A stretch of DNA of 64,000 bases from the NCBI GenBank assembly GCA_964016885.1, contig OZ024741.1:370140001-370204000 (forward strand), given 5' to 3'. Below are positions 44,201 to 62,200 of the stretch, piece after piece. The position numbers were made by a program, and so were the translations under genes. Numbering within the stretch: the first letter of the stretch is position 1; every line of letters starts with the position of its first letter. Under the pieces are notes generated by a model that saw only the letters and a list, made by a program, of their open reading frames with translations, had not been told where the DNA came from and made no database searches. The stretch is from Eledone cirrhosa (Eukaryota).

Positions 44201-47200
44201 GGTTACACAGAGACCAAAAACCAGACACCCACTTACAAACAGACCAAAACAGATACACCCATTTACACACACACCAAAACACAGACACCAAGATACACAC
44301 AGACCAAAACACGGACACCCACTTACACACAGACCAAAACACAGACACCCACTTACACACTGACCAAAACATTGACACCCACTTTCACACACACAAAAAC
44401 ACAAATACCCACGTACACACAGACTAAAACACAGACACCCACTTACACACAGACCAAAACACACACACCCAATTACACACAGATCTAACCAGAGACACCC
44501 ACTTACACACACACCAAAGCTTAGCCACCCACTTATACATAGACCAAAACACAGACACCCACTTTCGCACACACCAAAACACAGACACACACTTACACAC
44601 AGACCAAAACACAGACACATATGTACACACACTACAAAACACAGACAACCACTTACACACACCCCAAAACACAGACTCCCACTTTGACACAGACCAAAAC
44701 AAATATACCCACTTACACACACACCAAAATACAGACACCCACTTACACACAGGCCAAAACACAAACACCCACTTACCCACAGACCAAAACACAGACACCC
44801 ACTTACACGCAGATCAAAACACAGACAACCACTTACACACACACCAAAGCACAGACACCCACTTACACACAGACCAAAACTCAGCCACACCAAAACTCAG
44901 AAAGCCACTTACACACAGATTAAATCACAGAGACCCACTTACAAACACACCAAAACATATACACCCGCTTATAAACAGATAAAATCACAAACACACACTT
45001 ACACACAGACCAAAACACATACACCCACTTACACACAGACTAGAACACAGACACCCACTTACACGCAGATCAAAACACAGAAACCCACTTACACACAGGC
45101 CAAAACACAGAAACCTTCTTACACATAGACCATAACACAGACACCCACCTTCACACAAACCAAAACACAGACATCCTCTTACACACAGACCAAAACACAG
45201 AAACGCACTTACACACAGACACCCACTTACACACACACAAAAATACAGACACCCAAATACACGCACACCAAAACACAGACACCCAATTACACACAGACCA
45301 AAACACAGACACCCAGTTACACACAGACAAAAACACAGACACCCACTTACACATACACCAAAATACAGGTACCCACTTACACACAGACGAAAACATAGAC
45401 TTCCACTTACACACTCACAACAAAAACACAGACACCCACTTACACACAGACCAAAACACAGACACATATTTACACATACTACAAAACACAGACGTCCACT
45501 TACACACACTCAACAAAACACAGACACCCACTTGCACATAGTCCAAAACACAGACACCCATTTACACACACACAACAAAAATACAGACATCCACTTACAC
45601 ATAGACCAAAACACATACACCCACTTACACACAGACCAAAACACAAACACCCACTTACACACAGACCAAAACACAGACACCCACTTTGACATAGATCAAA
45701 ACAAATACACCCACTTAGACACACACCAAAACACTGACACCCACTTACACAGAGTCCAAAACGCAGACATACACTTACACACACACCGAAACACAGACAC
45801 CCACTTACACACAGCTCAAAACACAGACACCCACTTACACACAAACCAAAACACAGACACACTTATTCACAGGCCAAAACACAGACACCCACTTACACAC
45901 AGACGAAAACACAGACACCTACTTCCACACACACAAACCACAAACACCCACTTACAAACACACCAAAACATATACACCCACCTACACACAGACATAAACA
46001 CAGACACCCACATGCACAGAGACCTAAACACAGACACCCACTTACACACAGACCAAAACACAGACTCCCACTTACACATAGACCAAAATATAGACACCCA
46101 CTTAAACACACACCAAAACACAGGCAGCCACTTACACACACACCAGAACGCATTTGCCCACTTACACACACACCAAAACACAGGCAGCCACTTACACACA
46201 CACCAGAACGCATTTGCCCACTTACACACACACCAAAACAAAGACACCCACTTACACACAAACCAAAACACAGACACCCACTTACACACACATCACAACA
46301 CAGACACCCACTTACACACAGACCAAAACACAGATACCCACTTACACACAGATGAAAACACATACACCCTCTTACATACAGACACCCACTTAAACACACA
46401 CCAAAACACAGAGACCCACTTATACACGGAATAAAACACAGACCCCCACTTAAAGAAACACATTGAAACATATACACCCACTTACACACAGACGAAAACG
46501 CAGACACCCACTTACCCACAGACCAAAACAGAGACACCCACTTACCCACAGACCAAATCACAGACACCCACTTACACACAGACCAAATCACAGACAGCCA
46601 CTTTCACACAGACCAAAACATAGACATCCACTTATACACACACCAAAGCACAGACACCCACTTACATATAGACGAAAACACAGACACCCATTTACATAAA
46701 GACAAAAACACAGATACACACTTACACACAGACCAAATCGCAGACACCCACTTACATACTGATCAAAACAAAGACACCCACTTACACACACACCACAACA
46801 CAGACACAGACTTACACACAGACCAATACATACACACCAAAACACAGACACCCACTTACACAAAAAGCAAAACACATTTACCCACTTACACACACACCAA
46901 AACAAAGACGCCCACTTACACACACACCACACCACAGGTACCCACTTACAAACAGACCAAAACACTAACACCCGCTTACACACAGACCAAAAAACAGACA
47001 CCCACTTAGAGACAGACCAAAACACATACACCCACTTACACACACACCAAAACACAGACGCAGATTACACACAGACCAAAACAAAGACACCCACTTACAC
47101 ACACACCAAAACACAGACGCCCACTTATAAACACACACCACAATAAAGACACACATTTACACAGAGATACCCACATACACACACCAAAACACAGACACCC

Positions 47201-50200
47201 ACTTACACGCACACCAAAACAAAGACACCCACTTACACACAGACCAAAACACAGACACCCACCTACACACAGACCAAAACACTAACACCCGCTTACACAC
47301 AGACCAAAACACAGACACACACTTACACACAGACCAAAACACAGACACCCACTTACACAAAGACCAAAATACATACACCAACTTACACACAGACACCCAC
47401 TTTCACACACTCCAAAACACAGACACCCATTTTGACACAGACCAAAACACTGAGAAGCACTTACAAACACACAACAAACATATACACTCAGTTACACACA
47501 GACGAAAATACAGACACGCACTTACACACAGACCAAAACATAGACATCCACTTACACACACACACCAAAACACACACGCCCACATACACAGAGACCAAAA
47601 CACATACATCCATTTACACACACAACAAAACACAGACACCCACTTACACATCGACCAAAATACAGACACACACTTACACACACAAAAAAACACAGACACC
47701 CACTTACAGACAGACCAAAACACTGATACACACTTAGACACAGACTAAAACACAGACACCCACATACACACAGACCAAAACACAGACATAGACTTACTCA
47801 CAGAACAAAACACATACACACACTTACACACAGACCAAAACACAGACACCCAATTTTACACACTCCAAAACACAGACACCCACATACGCACACACCAAAA
47901 CACAGACACCCACTTACACACACACCAAAACACAGACACCCACTTACACATAGACCAAACCACAGATATACACTTACACACAGACCAAAACACAGACATC
48001 CACTTACACACAGACCAAAACAGGGACACCTACTTACACACAGACCTATACACAGACACCCACTTACACACATCCCAAAACACAGACACCCACTTACATA
48101 CAGCCAAAAACACAGACGCCCACTTACACACAAACCAAACATATATACCCACTTTCACACACACCAAAGAACAGACACCCACTTTCACACAGCCCAAAAC
48201 ACAGACACCCACTTACACTCAGACTAAAACACAGACACCTACTTACACAGACCAAAACGCAGACACTAACTTACACACACACCATAACACAGACACCCAT
48301 TTACACACAGACCAAAACAAAGACACCCACTTAGGCATAGACCAAAACACAGACATCCACTCACACACATACAAAACACAGGCACACACTTACACAAAGA
48401 CCAAAACACGAACACCTACTTACACACAGACCTATACACAGACACCCAATTACACACATCCCAAAACACAGACACCCACTTACACACAGACAAAAACACA
48501 GACGCCCACTTACACACAAACCAAACATATATACCCACTTTCACACACACCAAAGAACAGACACCCACTTTCACACAGCCCAAAACACAGACACCCACTT
48601 ACACTCAGACAAAAACACAGGCACCCACTTACACACAGACCTAAACACAGACACCCACTTACACACAACCCAAAACATAGACACACATTTACACACAGAC
48701 CAAAAAACAGACAGCCACTTTCACACAGACTTAAATAGATAGAACCACTTACACACACACCAAAACACAGACACCCACTTTCACGCACACCAAAGAACAG
48801 ACACCCACTTTCTTCAGACCAAAACACAGACACCCACTTACATAAACACCAAAACACATACACCCACTTACACACACTCCAAAACACAGACCCACACTTA
48901 CACACAGACAAAAGCACAGACGCCCACTTACACACACACCAAAACACAGACACCAACATACACACACACAAAAACACAGACACACGCTTACACATAGAAC
49001 AAAACACAGGCACCCACTATAAACACAGACCAAAACACATACGCCCAATTACACTCAGACCAAAACACAGACACCCAGTTACACACACACCAAAACACAG
49101 ATACCCACTGACACACAGACCAAAACACAGAAATCCACTTACACACAGATCAAAACACTGACAACCACTTACACACAGACCAAAACACAGACACCCATTT
49201 ACACACTGACCAAAACACAGACAAACACTTACACACAGACGAAAAATACAGACACCCAGTTACACACACACCAAAATACAGACACCCACTTACACACACA
49301 TCAAAACACAGACACCCACTTACAAAAAAGACCAAATCATAGACACCCACTTACACACACACTAAAATACAGACACCCACTTACACAGAGACCAAAACAC
49401 GTACACCCACTTACACACAGCCCAACACAGAGACACCCACTTACACACAACCCAAAACATAGACACACATTTACACACAGACCAAAAAACAGACACCCAT
49501 TTACAAACACACTAAATCGTATACACCCACTTAAACACAGACCTAAACACAGACGCCCACTTACACACACAGACCAAAAACACAGACACCCACTTACACA
49601 CACACCAAAACACAGATACCCTCTTTGAAACAGACCAAAACAAATACACCCACTTACAATCACACTAAAATACAGACACCCACTTAGAGACAGACCAAAA
49701 CACATACACCCACTTACACACACACCAAAACACAGACGCAGATTACACACAGACCAAAACAAAGACACCCACTTACACACACACCAAAACACAGACGCCC
49801 ACTTATAAACACACACCACAATAAAGACACACGTTTACACAGAGATACCCACATACACACACCAAAACACAGACACCCACTTACACGCACACCAAAACAA
49901 AGACACCCACTTACACACAGACCAAAACACAGACACCCACTTACACACACACCAAAACACAGACGCAGATTACACACAGACCAAAACAAAGACACCCACT
50001 TACACACACACCAAAACACAGACGCCCACTTATAAACACACACCACAATAAAGACACACATTTACACAGAGATACCCACATACACACACCAAAACACAGA
50101 CACCCACTTACACGCACACCAAAACAAAGACACCCACTTACACACAGACCAAAACACAGACACCCACCTACACACAGACCAAAACACTAACACCCGCTTA

Positions 50201-53200
50201 CACACAGACCAAAACACAGACACACACTTACACACAGACCAAAACACAGACACCCACTTACACAAAGACCAAAATACATACACCAACTTACACACAGACA
50301 CCCACTTTCACACACTCCAAAACACAGACACCCATTTTGACACAGACCAAAACACTGAGAAGCACTTACAAACACACAACAAACATATACACTCAGTTAC
50401 ACACAGACGAAAATACAGACACGCACTTACACACAGACCAAAACATAGACATCCACTTACACACACACACCAAAACACACACGCCCACATACACAGAGAC
50501 CAAAACACATACATCCATTTACACACACAACAAAACACAGACACCCACTTACACATCGACCAAAATACAGACACACACTTACACACACAAAAAAACACAG
50601 ACACCCACTTACAGACAGACCAAAACACTGATACACACTTAGACACAGACTAAAACACAGACACCCACATACACACAGACCAAAACACAGACATTGACTT
50701 ACTCACAGAACAAAACACATACACACACTTACACACAGACCAAAACACAGACACCCACTTACACACACACCAAAACACAGACACCCACTTACATATAGAC
50801 CAAACCACAGATATACACTTACACACAGACCAAAACACAGACATCCACTTACACACAAAACAAAACACCGATACGCATTTACACAAAGACCAAAACACAG
50901 ACACCCACTTACACACACACCAAAACACAGACACCCACTTACACATAGACCAAACCACAGACATCCAATTACACAGACCAAAATACAGACACCCACTTAC
51001 ACACAGACACCCACTTACACAAAGACACCCACTTCCACACACACCAAAATACAGACATCCACTTAAACCCCAGACAAAAACACAGGCACCCACTTGCACA
51101 CACACCAAATAACAGACACCCACTTATACACAGACAAAAACACAGACACCCACTTATACACAGCCCAAATCACAGATACCCACTTACACACACACCACAA
51201 CACAGACACCCACATTAACACACACCAAAACACAGACACACACTTACACACAGACCAAAACACTGACACCCACTTACACACAGGCCAAAACACAGACACC
51301 CACTTACACAGACACCAAAACACAGACACCCACTAACACACAGATGAAAACAAAGAGACCCACTTACACACAAATCAAAACACAGAAACACACAAAACAC
51401 AGACAAAAAAATAGATACACACTTACACAGAGATCAAAACACACACACCAACTTACACACAAACCAAAACACAGATATACACTTACACACACACCAAAAC
51501 ATATACGCCCACTTACACACACACCAAAACACAGACACCGACTTGCACACACACCAAAACACAATCGCCCACTTACACACGCGCCACAACACATTTACCC
51601 ACTTACACACAGACCAAAACACAGACACCTACTTACACAGACACCAACTTACACAGACCAAAACAAAGACACCTACTTATACACAAACCAAAACACAGAC
51701 ACCCACTTGCACACACCCCAAAATACAGACACACACTTACACACAGACGAAAACACAGACACACACTTACACAGAGACAAAAACACAGCCACTCACTTAC
51801 ACACAGACCAAAACACAGACATACACCTACACACACACCAAAACACAGACACCCATTTGCACACACACCAAAACAAAGACACCAACTTACACACAAACCA
51901 AAACACAGACATACACTTACACACACACCAAAACATATACGCCCACTTACACACACACCAAAACATAGATATCCACTAACACACACTCCAAAACACAGAC
52001 AGCCACTTGCACACACACCAAAACACAATCGCCCACTTACACACGCACCACAACACATTTACCCACTTACACACACACCAAAACAAAGACACCCACTTAC
52101 ACACAGACCAAAACACAGACACCCACTTACACAGACACCAACTTACACAGACCAAAACAAAGACACCTACTTATAGACAAACCAAAACACAGACACCCAC
52201 TTGCACACACACCAAAATACAGACACACACTTACACACAGACCAAAACACAGTCACACACTTACACAGAGACAAAAACACAGCCACCCACTTACACACAG
52301 ACCAAAACACAGACATACACCTACACACACACCAAAACACAGACGCCCATTTGCACACACACCAAAACAAAGACACTAAGTTACACACAGACAGAAACAC
52401 AGACACCCACTTACGCACAGACCAAAACACAGACACCCACATACACACAGACCAAAACACAGACACCCACTTACACACACACCAAAACACATACACCCAC
52501 TTATACACACACAAAAACACAGAAACACACTTACGCACAGACCAAAACACAGACACACATTTAGACACAGACCAAAACACGGACACCCACTTACACACAT
52601 ACCAAAACACTAACAACCGCTTACACACAGACTAACACACAGACTAACACACAGACACACACTTACAAACAGACCAAAACACATACACCCACTTACACAC
52701 ACCAAAACACATACACCCACTTACACACAGACAGCCACATACACACACACACACCAAAACACCGACACCCACTTACACACACACCAAAACACAGACACCC
52801 ACTTACACACAGACCAAAACATAGACATCCCCTTACACACACACCAAAACACACACACCCACATACCCACTGACCAAAACACAGACACCCACTTACACAC
52901 AGACCAAAACACAGACACCCACTTACACACAGACCATATCACATACACCCACTTAAAATCTGACACCCGCTTACACACACAACAAAACACAGACACCCAA
53001 TTACAAACAGACCTAAACACAGACGCCCAGTTACACACAGTCCAAAACACAGACACCCACTTACACACAGACCTAAAAACAGACAACCACTTACACACAA
53101 ACAAAAACATAGACATAGACTTACACACAGTCCAAAACACAGATACCCACTTACACACAGACCTAAACACAGACACGCATTTACACACACACTAAAACAC

Positions 53201-56200
53201 AGACACCCACTTACACCCACACCAAAGCACATACACCCACTTACACACACACCAAAACACAGACACCCACTTACACACACACTAAAACACAGACACCCAC
53301 TTAGACACAGACCAAAACACATACACCCACTTACACACAGACCTAAACACAGACAACCACTTACACACAAACAAAAACATAGACATAGACTTACACACAG
53401 ACCAAAACACAGACACCCACTTACACTACAGACCATATCACATACACCCACTTGCACACACACCAAAACACAGACACCCACTTTCACACGGTCCAAAACA
53501 CAGATACCAAATTACACACAGACCAAAACACAGATACCCACTTATACACACAAGAACACATGCACCCACTTACACGCACACCAAAACACAGACACCCACT
53601 TACACACACAAGAACACATGCACCCACTTACACGCACACCAAAACACAGACACCCACTTACACACAGACCAAAACACAGACACCCACTTGCACACACACC
53701 AAAACACAGACACCCACTTTCACACGGTCCAAAACACAGATACCAAATTACACACAGACCAAAACACAGATACCCACTTGCACACAGACCAAAAGACAAA
53801 CACCCACTTACACACACACCAAAACACATACACCTACTTACAAACACACCAAAACACAGACACCCACTTTCACACACACCAAAACACAGACCAATACACA
53901 GACACCCACTTACACACAGACCAAAACACAGACATCCATTTACACACAGACCATAACACAGATACCCAATTACACACAGACCAAAACACAGATACCCACT
54001 TACACACACACAAAAACACAGACGCCCACTTACACACAAACCAAAACATATATACCCACTTTCACACACACCTAAGAACAGTCACCCACTTTCACACAGC
54101 CCAAAACACATACACCCACTTACACACAGACCAAAACACAGGCACACACTTACACACAGACCAAAACTCAGACACCCACTTATAAACAGACCAAAACACA
54201 GACACAAACTTACACACAGACAAAAAACACAGACATCCAGTTACACACACGCCAAAACACTGACAACCACTTACAACCACACCAAAGCACATACACCCAC
54301 TTACACACACCAAAACACAGGCACCCACTTACACACACACCAAAACACAGATACCCACTTACACACACACTCACTTACAAACAGACCTAAACACAGACAC
54401 TCACTTACACACACACCAAAACACAGACACCCACTTACACACACACCAAATCACACACACCCACTTACACACAGAGCTAAATACGTACAACCACTTACAC
54501 ACACACCAAAAGACAGACACCCACTTATACACAGACTAAAACACAGACACCTACTTACACAGACCAAAACGCAGACACCAACTTACACACACACCATAAC
54601 ACAGACACCCATTTACACACAGACCAAAACAAAGACACCCACTTAGGCATAGACCAAAACACAGACATCCACTCACACACATACAAAACACAGGCACACA
54701 CTTACACACAGACCAAAACACGGACACCTACTTACACACAGACCTATACACAGACACCCACTTACACACATCCCAAAACACAGACACCCACTTACACACA
54801 GACAAAAACACAGACGCCCACTTACACACAAACCAAACATATATACCCACTTTCACACACACCAAAGAACAGACACCCACTTTCACACAGCCCAAAACAC
54901 AGACACCCACTTACACTCAGACAAAAACACAGGCACCCACTTACACACAGACCTAAACACAGACACCCACTTACACACAACCCAAAACATAGACACACAT
55001 TTACACACAGACCAAAAAACAGACAGCCACTTTCACACAGACTTAAATAGATAGAACCACTTACACACACACCAAAACACAGACACCCACTTTCACACAC
55101 ACCAAAGAACAGACACCCACTTTCTTCAGAAACAAACACAGACACCCACTTACATAAACACCAAAACACATACACCCACTTACACACACTCCAAAACACA
55201 GACCCACACTTACACACAGACAAAAGCACAGACGCCCACTTACACACACACCAAAACACAGACACCAACATACACACACACAAAAACACAGACACACGCT
55301 TACACATAGAACAAAACACAGGCACCCACTATAAACACAGACCAAAACACATACGCCCAATTACACTCAGACCAAAACACAGACACCCAGTTACACACAC
55401 ACCAAAACACATACACCCACTTATACACACACAAAAACACAGAAACACACTTACGCACAGACCAAAACACAGACACACATTTAGACACAGACCAAAACAC
55501 GGACACCCACTTACACACATACCAAAACACTAACAACCGCTTACACACAGACTAACACACAGACTAACACACAGACACACACTTACAAACAGACCAAAAC
55601 ACATACACCCACTTACACACACCAAAACACATACACCCACTTACACACAGACAGCCACATACACACACACACACCAAAACACCGACACCCACTTACACAC
55701 ACACCAAAACACAGACACCCACTTACACACAGACCAAAACATAGACATCCCCTTACACACACACCAAAACACACACACCCACATACCCACTGACCAAAAC
55801 ACAGACACCCACTTACACACAGACCAAAACACAGACACCCACTTACACACAGACCATATCACATACACCCACTTAAAATCTGACACCCGCTTACACACAC
55901 AACAAAACACAGACACCCAATTACAAACAGACCTAAACACAGACGCCCAGTTACACACAGTCCAAAACACAGACACCCACTTACACACAGACCCAAAAAC
56001 AGACAACCACTTACACACAAACAAAAACATAGACATAGACTTACACACAGTCCAAAACACAGATATCCACTTACACACAGACCTAAACACAGACACGCAT
56101 TTACACACACACTAAAACACAGACACCCACTTACACCCACACCAAAGCACATACACCCACTTACACACACACCAAAACACAGACACCCACTTACACACAC

Positions 56201-59200
56201 ACTAAAACACAGACACCCACTTAGACACAGACCAAAACACATACACCCACTTACACACAGACCTAAACACAGACAACCACTTACACACAAACAAAAACAT
56301 AGACATAGACTTACACACAGACCAAAACACAGACACCCACTTACACTACAGACCATATCACATACACCCACTTAAAAACTGACTCCCGCTTACACACACA
56401 ACAAAACACAGACCCCCAATTACACACACACCAAAACACAGACACCCACTTACACACACAAGAACACATGCACCCACTTACACGCACACCAAAACACAGA
56501 CACCCACTTACACACAGACCAAAACACAGACACCCACTTGCACACACACCAAAACACAGACACCCACTTTCACACGGTCCAAAACACAGATACCAAATTA
56601 CACACAGACCAAAACACAGATACCCACTTGCACACAGACCAAAAGACAAACACCCACTTACACACACACCAAAACACATACACCTACTTACAAACACACC
56701 AAAACACAGACACCCACTTTCACACACACCAAAACACAGACCAATACACAGACACCCACTTACACACAGACCAAAACACAGACATCCATTTACACACAGA
56801 CCATAACACAGATACCCAATTACACACAGACCAAAACACAGATACCCACTTACACACACACAAAAACACAGACGCCCACTTACACACAAACCAAAACATA
56901 TATACCCACTTTCACACACACCTAAGAACAGTCACCCACTTTCACACAGCCCAAAACACATACACCCACTTACACACAGACCAAAACACAGGCACACACT
57001 TACACACAGACCAAAACTCAGACACCCACTTATAAACAGACCAAAACACAGACACAAACTTACACACAGACAAAAAACACAGACATCCAGTTACACACAC
57101 GCCAAAACACTGACAACCACTTACAACCACACCAAAGCACATACACCCACTTACACACACCAAAACACAGGCACCCACTTACACACACACCAAAACACAG
57201 ATACCCACTTACACACACACTCACTTACAAACAGACCTAAACACAGACACTCACTTACACACACACCAAAACACAGACACCCACTTACACACACACCAAA
57301 TCACACACACCCACTTACACACAGAGCTAAATACGTACAACCACTTACACACACACCAAAAGACAGACACCCACTTATACACAGACTAAAACACAGACAC
57401 CTACTTACACAGACCAAAACGCAGACACCAACTTACACACACACCATAACACAGACACCCATTTACACACAGACCAAAACAAAGACACCCACTTAGGCAT
57501 AGACCAAAACACAGACATCCACTCACACACATACAAAACACAGGCACACACTTACACACAGACCAAAACACGGACACCTACTTACACACAGACCTATACA
57601 CAGACACCCACTTACACACATCCCAAAACACAGACACCCACTTACACACAGACAAAAACACAGACGCCCACTTACACACAAACCAAACATATATACCCAC
57701 TTTCACACACACCAAAGAACAGACACCCACTTTCACACAGCCCAAAACACAGACACCCACTTACACTCAGACAAAAACACAGGCACCCACTTACACACAG
57801 ACCTAAACACAGACACCCACTTACACACAACCCAAAACATAGACACACATTTACACACAGACCAAAAAACAGACAGCCACTTTCACACAGACTTAAATAG
57901 ATAGAACCACTTACACACACACCAAAACACAGACACCCACTTTCACACACACCAAAGAACAGACACCCACTTTCTTCAGAAACAAACACAGACACCCACT
58001 TACATAAACACCAAAACACATACACCCACTTACACACACTCCAAAACACAGACCCACACTTACACACAGACAAAAGCACAGACGCCCACTTACACACACA
58101 CCAAAACACAGACACCAACATACACACACACAAAAACACAGACACACGCTTACACATAGAACAAAACACAGGCACCCACTATAAACACAGACCAAAACAC
58201 ATACGCCCAATTACACTCAGACCAAAACACAGACACCCAGTTACACACACACCAAAACACATACACCCACTTATACACACACAAAAACACAGAAACACAC
58301 TTACGCACAGACCAAAACACAGACACACATTTAGACACAGACCAAAACACGGACACCCACTTACACACATACCAAAACACTAACAACCGCTTACACACAG
58401 ACTAACACACAGACTAACACACAGACACACACTTACAAACAGACCAAAACACATACACCCACTTACACACACCAAAACACATACACCCACTTACACACAG
58501 ACAGCCACATACACACACACACACCAAAACACCGACACCCACTTACACACACACCAAAACACAGACACCCACTTACACACAGACCAAAACATAGACATCC
58601 CCTTACACACACACCAAAACACACACACCCACATACCCACTGACCAAAACACAGACACCCACTTACACACAGACCAAAACACAGACACCCACTTACACAC
58701 AGACCATATCACATACACCCACTTAAAATCTGACACCCGCTTACACACACAACAAAACACAGACACCCAATTACAAACAGACCTAAACACAGACGCCCAG
58801 TTACACACAGTCCAAAACACAGACACCCACTTACACACAGACCCAAAAACAGACAACCACTTACACACAAACAAAAACATAGACATAGACTTACACACAG
58901 TCCAAAACACAGATATCCACTTACACACAGACCTAAACACAGACACGCATTTACACACACACTAAAACACAGACACCCACTTACACCCACACCAAAGCAC
59001 ATACACCCACTTACACACACACCAAAACACAGACACCCACTTACACACACACTAAAACACAGACACCCACTTAGACACAGACCAAAACACATACACCCAC
59101 TTACACACAGACCTAAACACAGACAACCACTTACACACAAACAAAAACATAGACATAGACTTACACACAGACCAAAACACAGACACCCACTTACACTACA

Positions 59201-62200
59201 GACCATATCACATACACCCACTTAAAAACTGACTCCCGCTTACACACACAACAAAACACAGACCCCCAATTACACACACACCAAAACACAGACACCCACT
59301 TACACACACAAGAACACATGCACCCACTTACACGCACACCAAAACACAGACACCCACTTACACACAGACCAAAACACAGACACCCACTTGCACACACACC
59401 AAAACACAGACACCCACTTTCACACGGTCCAAAACACAGATACCAAATTACACACAGACCAAAACACAGATACCCACTTGCACACAGACCAAAAGACAAA
59501 CACCCACTTACACACACACCAAAACACATACACCTACTTACAAACACACCAAAACACAGACACCCACTTTCACACACACCAAAACACAGACCAATACACA
59601 GACACCCACTTACACACAGACCAAAACACAGACATCCATTTACACACAGACCATAACACAGATACCCAATTACACACAGACCAAAACACAGATACCCACT
59701 TACACACACACAAAAACACAGACGCCCACTTACACACAAACCAAAACATATATACCCACTTTCACACACACCAAAGAACAGTCACCCACTTTCACACAGC
59801 CCAAAACACATACACCCACTTACACACAGACCAAAACACAGGCACACACTTACACACAGACCAAAACTCAGACACCCACTTATAAACAGACCAAAACACA
59901 GACACACACTTACACACAGACAAAAAACACAGACATCCAGTTACACACACGCCAAAACACTGACAACCACTTACAACCACACCAAAGCACATACACCCAC
60001 TTACACACACCAAAACACAGGCACCCACTTACACACACACCAAAACACAGATACCCACTTACACACACACTCACTTACAAACAGACCTAAACACAGACAC
60101 TCACTTACACACACACCAAAACACAGACACCCACTTACACACACACCAAATCACACACACCCACTTACACACAGAGCTAAATACGTACAACCACTTACAC
60201 ACACACCAAAAGACAGACACCCACTTATACACAGACTAAAACACAGACACCTACTTACACAGACCAAAACGCAGACACCAACTTACACACACACCATAAC
60301 ACAGACACCCATTTACACACAGACCAAAACAAAGACACCCACTTAGGCATAGACCAAAACACAGACATCCACTCACACACATACAAAACACAGGCACACA
60401 CTTACACACAGACCAAAACACGGACACCTACTTACACACAGACCTATACACAGACACCCACTTACACACATCCCAAAACACAGACACCCACTTACACACA
60501 GACAAAAACACAGACGCCCACTTACACACAAACCAAACATATATACCCACTTTCACACACACCAAAGAACAGACACCCACTTTCACACAGCCCAAAACAC
60601 AGACACCCACTTACACTCAGACAAAAACACAGGCACCCACTTACACACAGACCTAAACACAGACACCCACTTACACACAACCCAAAACATAGACACACAT
60701 TTACACACAGACCAAAAAACAGACAGCCACTTTCACACAGACTTAAATAGATAGAACCACTTACACACACACCAAAACACAGACACCCACTTTCACACAC
60801 ACCAAAGAACAGACACCCACTTTCTTCAGAAACAAACACAGACACCCACTTACATAAACACCAAAACACATACACCCACTTACACACACTCCAAAACACA
60901 GACCCACACTTACACACAGACAAAAGCACAGACGCCCACTTACACACACACCAAAACACAGACACCAACATACACACACACAAAAACACAGACACACGCT
61001 TACACATAGAACAAAACACAGGCACCCACTATAAACACAGACCAAAACACATACGCCCAATTACACTCAGACCAAAACACAGACACCCAGTTACACACAC
61101 ACCAAAACACAGATACCCACTGACACACAGACCAAAACACAGAAATCCACTTACACACAGATCAAAACACTGACAACCACTTACACACAGACCAAAACAC
61201 AGACACCCATTTACACACTGACCAAAACACAGACAAACACTTACACACAGACGAAAAATACAGACACCCAGTTACACACACACCAAAATACAGACACCCA
61301 CTTACACACACATCAAAACACAGACACCCACTTACAAAAAAGACCAAATCATAGACACCCACTTACACACACACTAAAATACAGACACCCACTTACACAG
61401 AGACCAAAACACGTACACCCACTTACACACAGCCCAACACAGAAACACCCACTTACACACAACCCAAAACATAGACACACATTTACACACAGACCAAAAA
61501 ACAGACAGCCAGTTACACACAGAGTAAAACTCAGACACCCACTTACACACACACATCAAAACACCGACACCCACTTACACACAGACACCCACTTACACAC
61601 AGACCAAAACACAGACCCACTTACACACAGACCAAAACACAGACACCCACTTTCACACACACTAAAACACAGACACCCACATACACACCCACCAAAACAC
61701 AGACATACGCTTACACATAGACCAAAACACAGACACCCAATTACACACAGACCGAAACACAGACACACAATTACATACAGACGAAAACAGAAACACCCAC
61801 ATATGCACACACCAAAACACAGACACCCACTTACACACACACCAAAACACAGACACCCACTTACAAACAGACCCAAACACAGACACCCACTTACACACAC
61901 ACCAAAACACAGACACCCACATACACACACCAGAACACAGACTACCACTTACAGACAGACCGAAACACAGACACCCACTTACACACACACCAAAAGATAG
62001 ACACCCATTTACACACACACCAAAACACCGACACCCACTTACACACAGACTAAAACACAGATACCCACTTACACACAGACCAAAACACAAACACCTACTT
62101 ACACACAGACACACACTTACACACACACCAAAACACAGACACCCATTTACAAACAGACCAACAAACAGTCACCCACTTACACACACACCAAAACACAGAC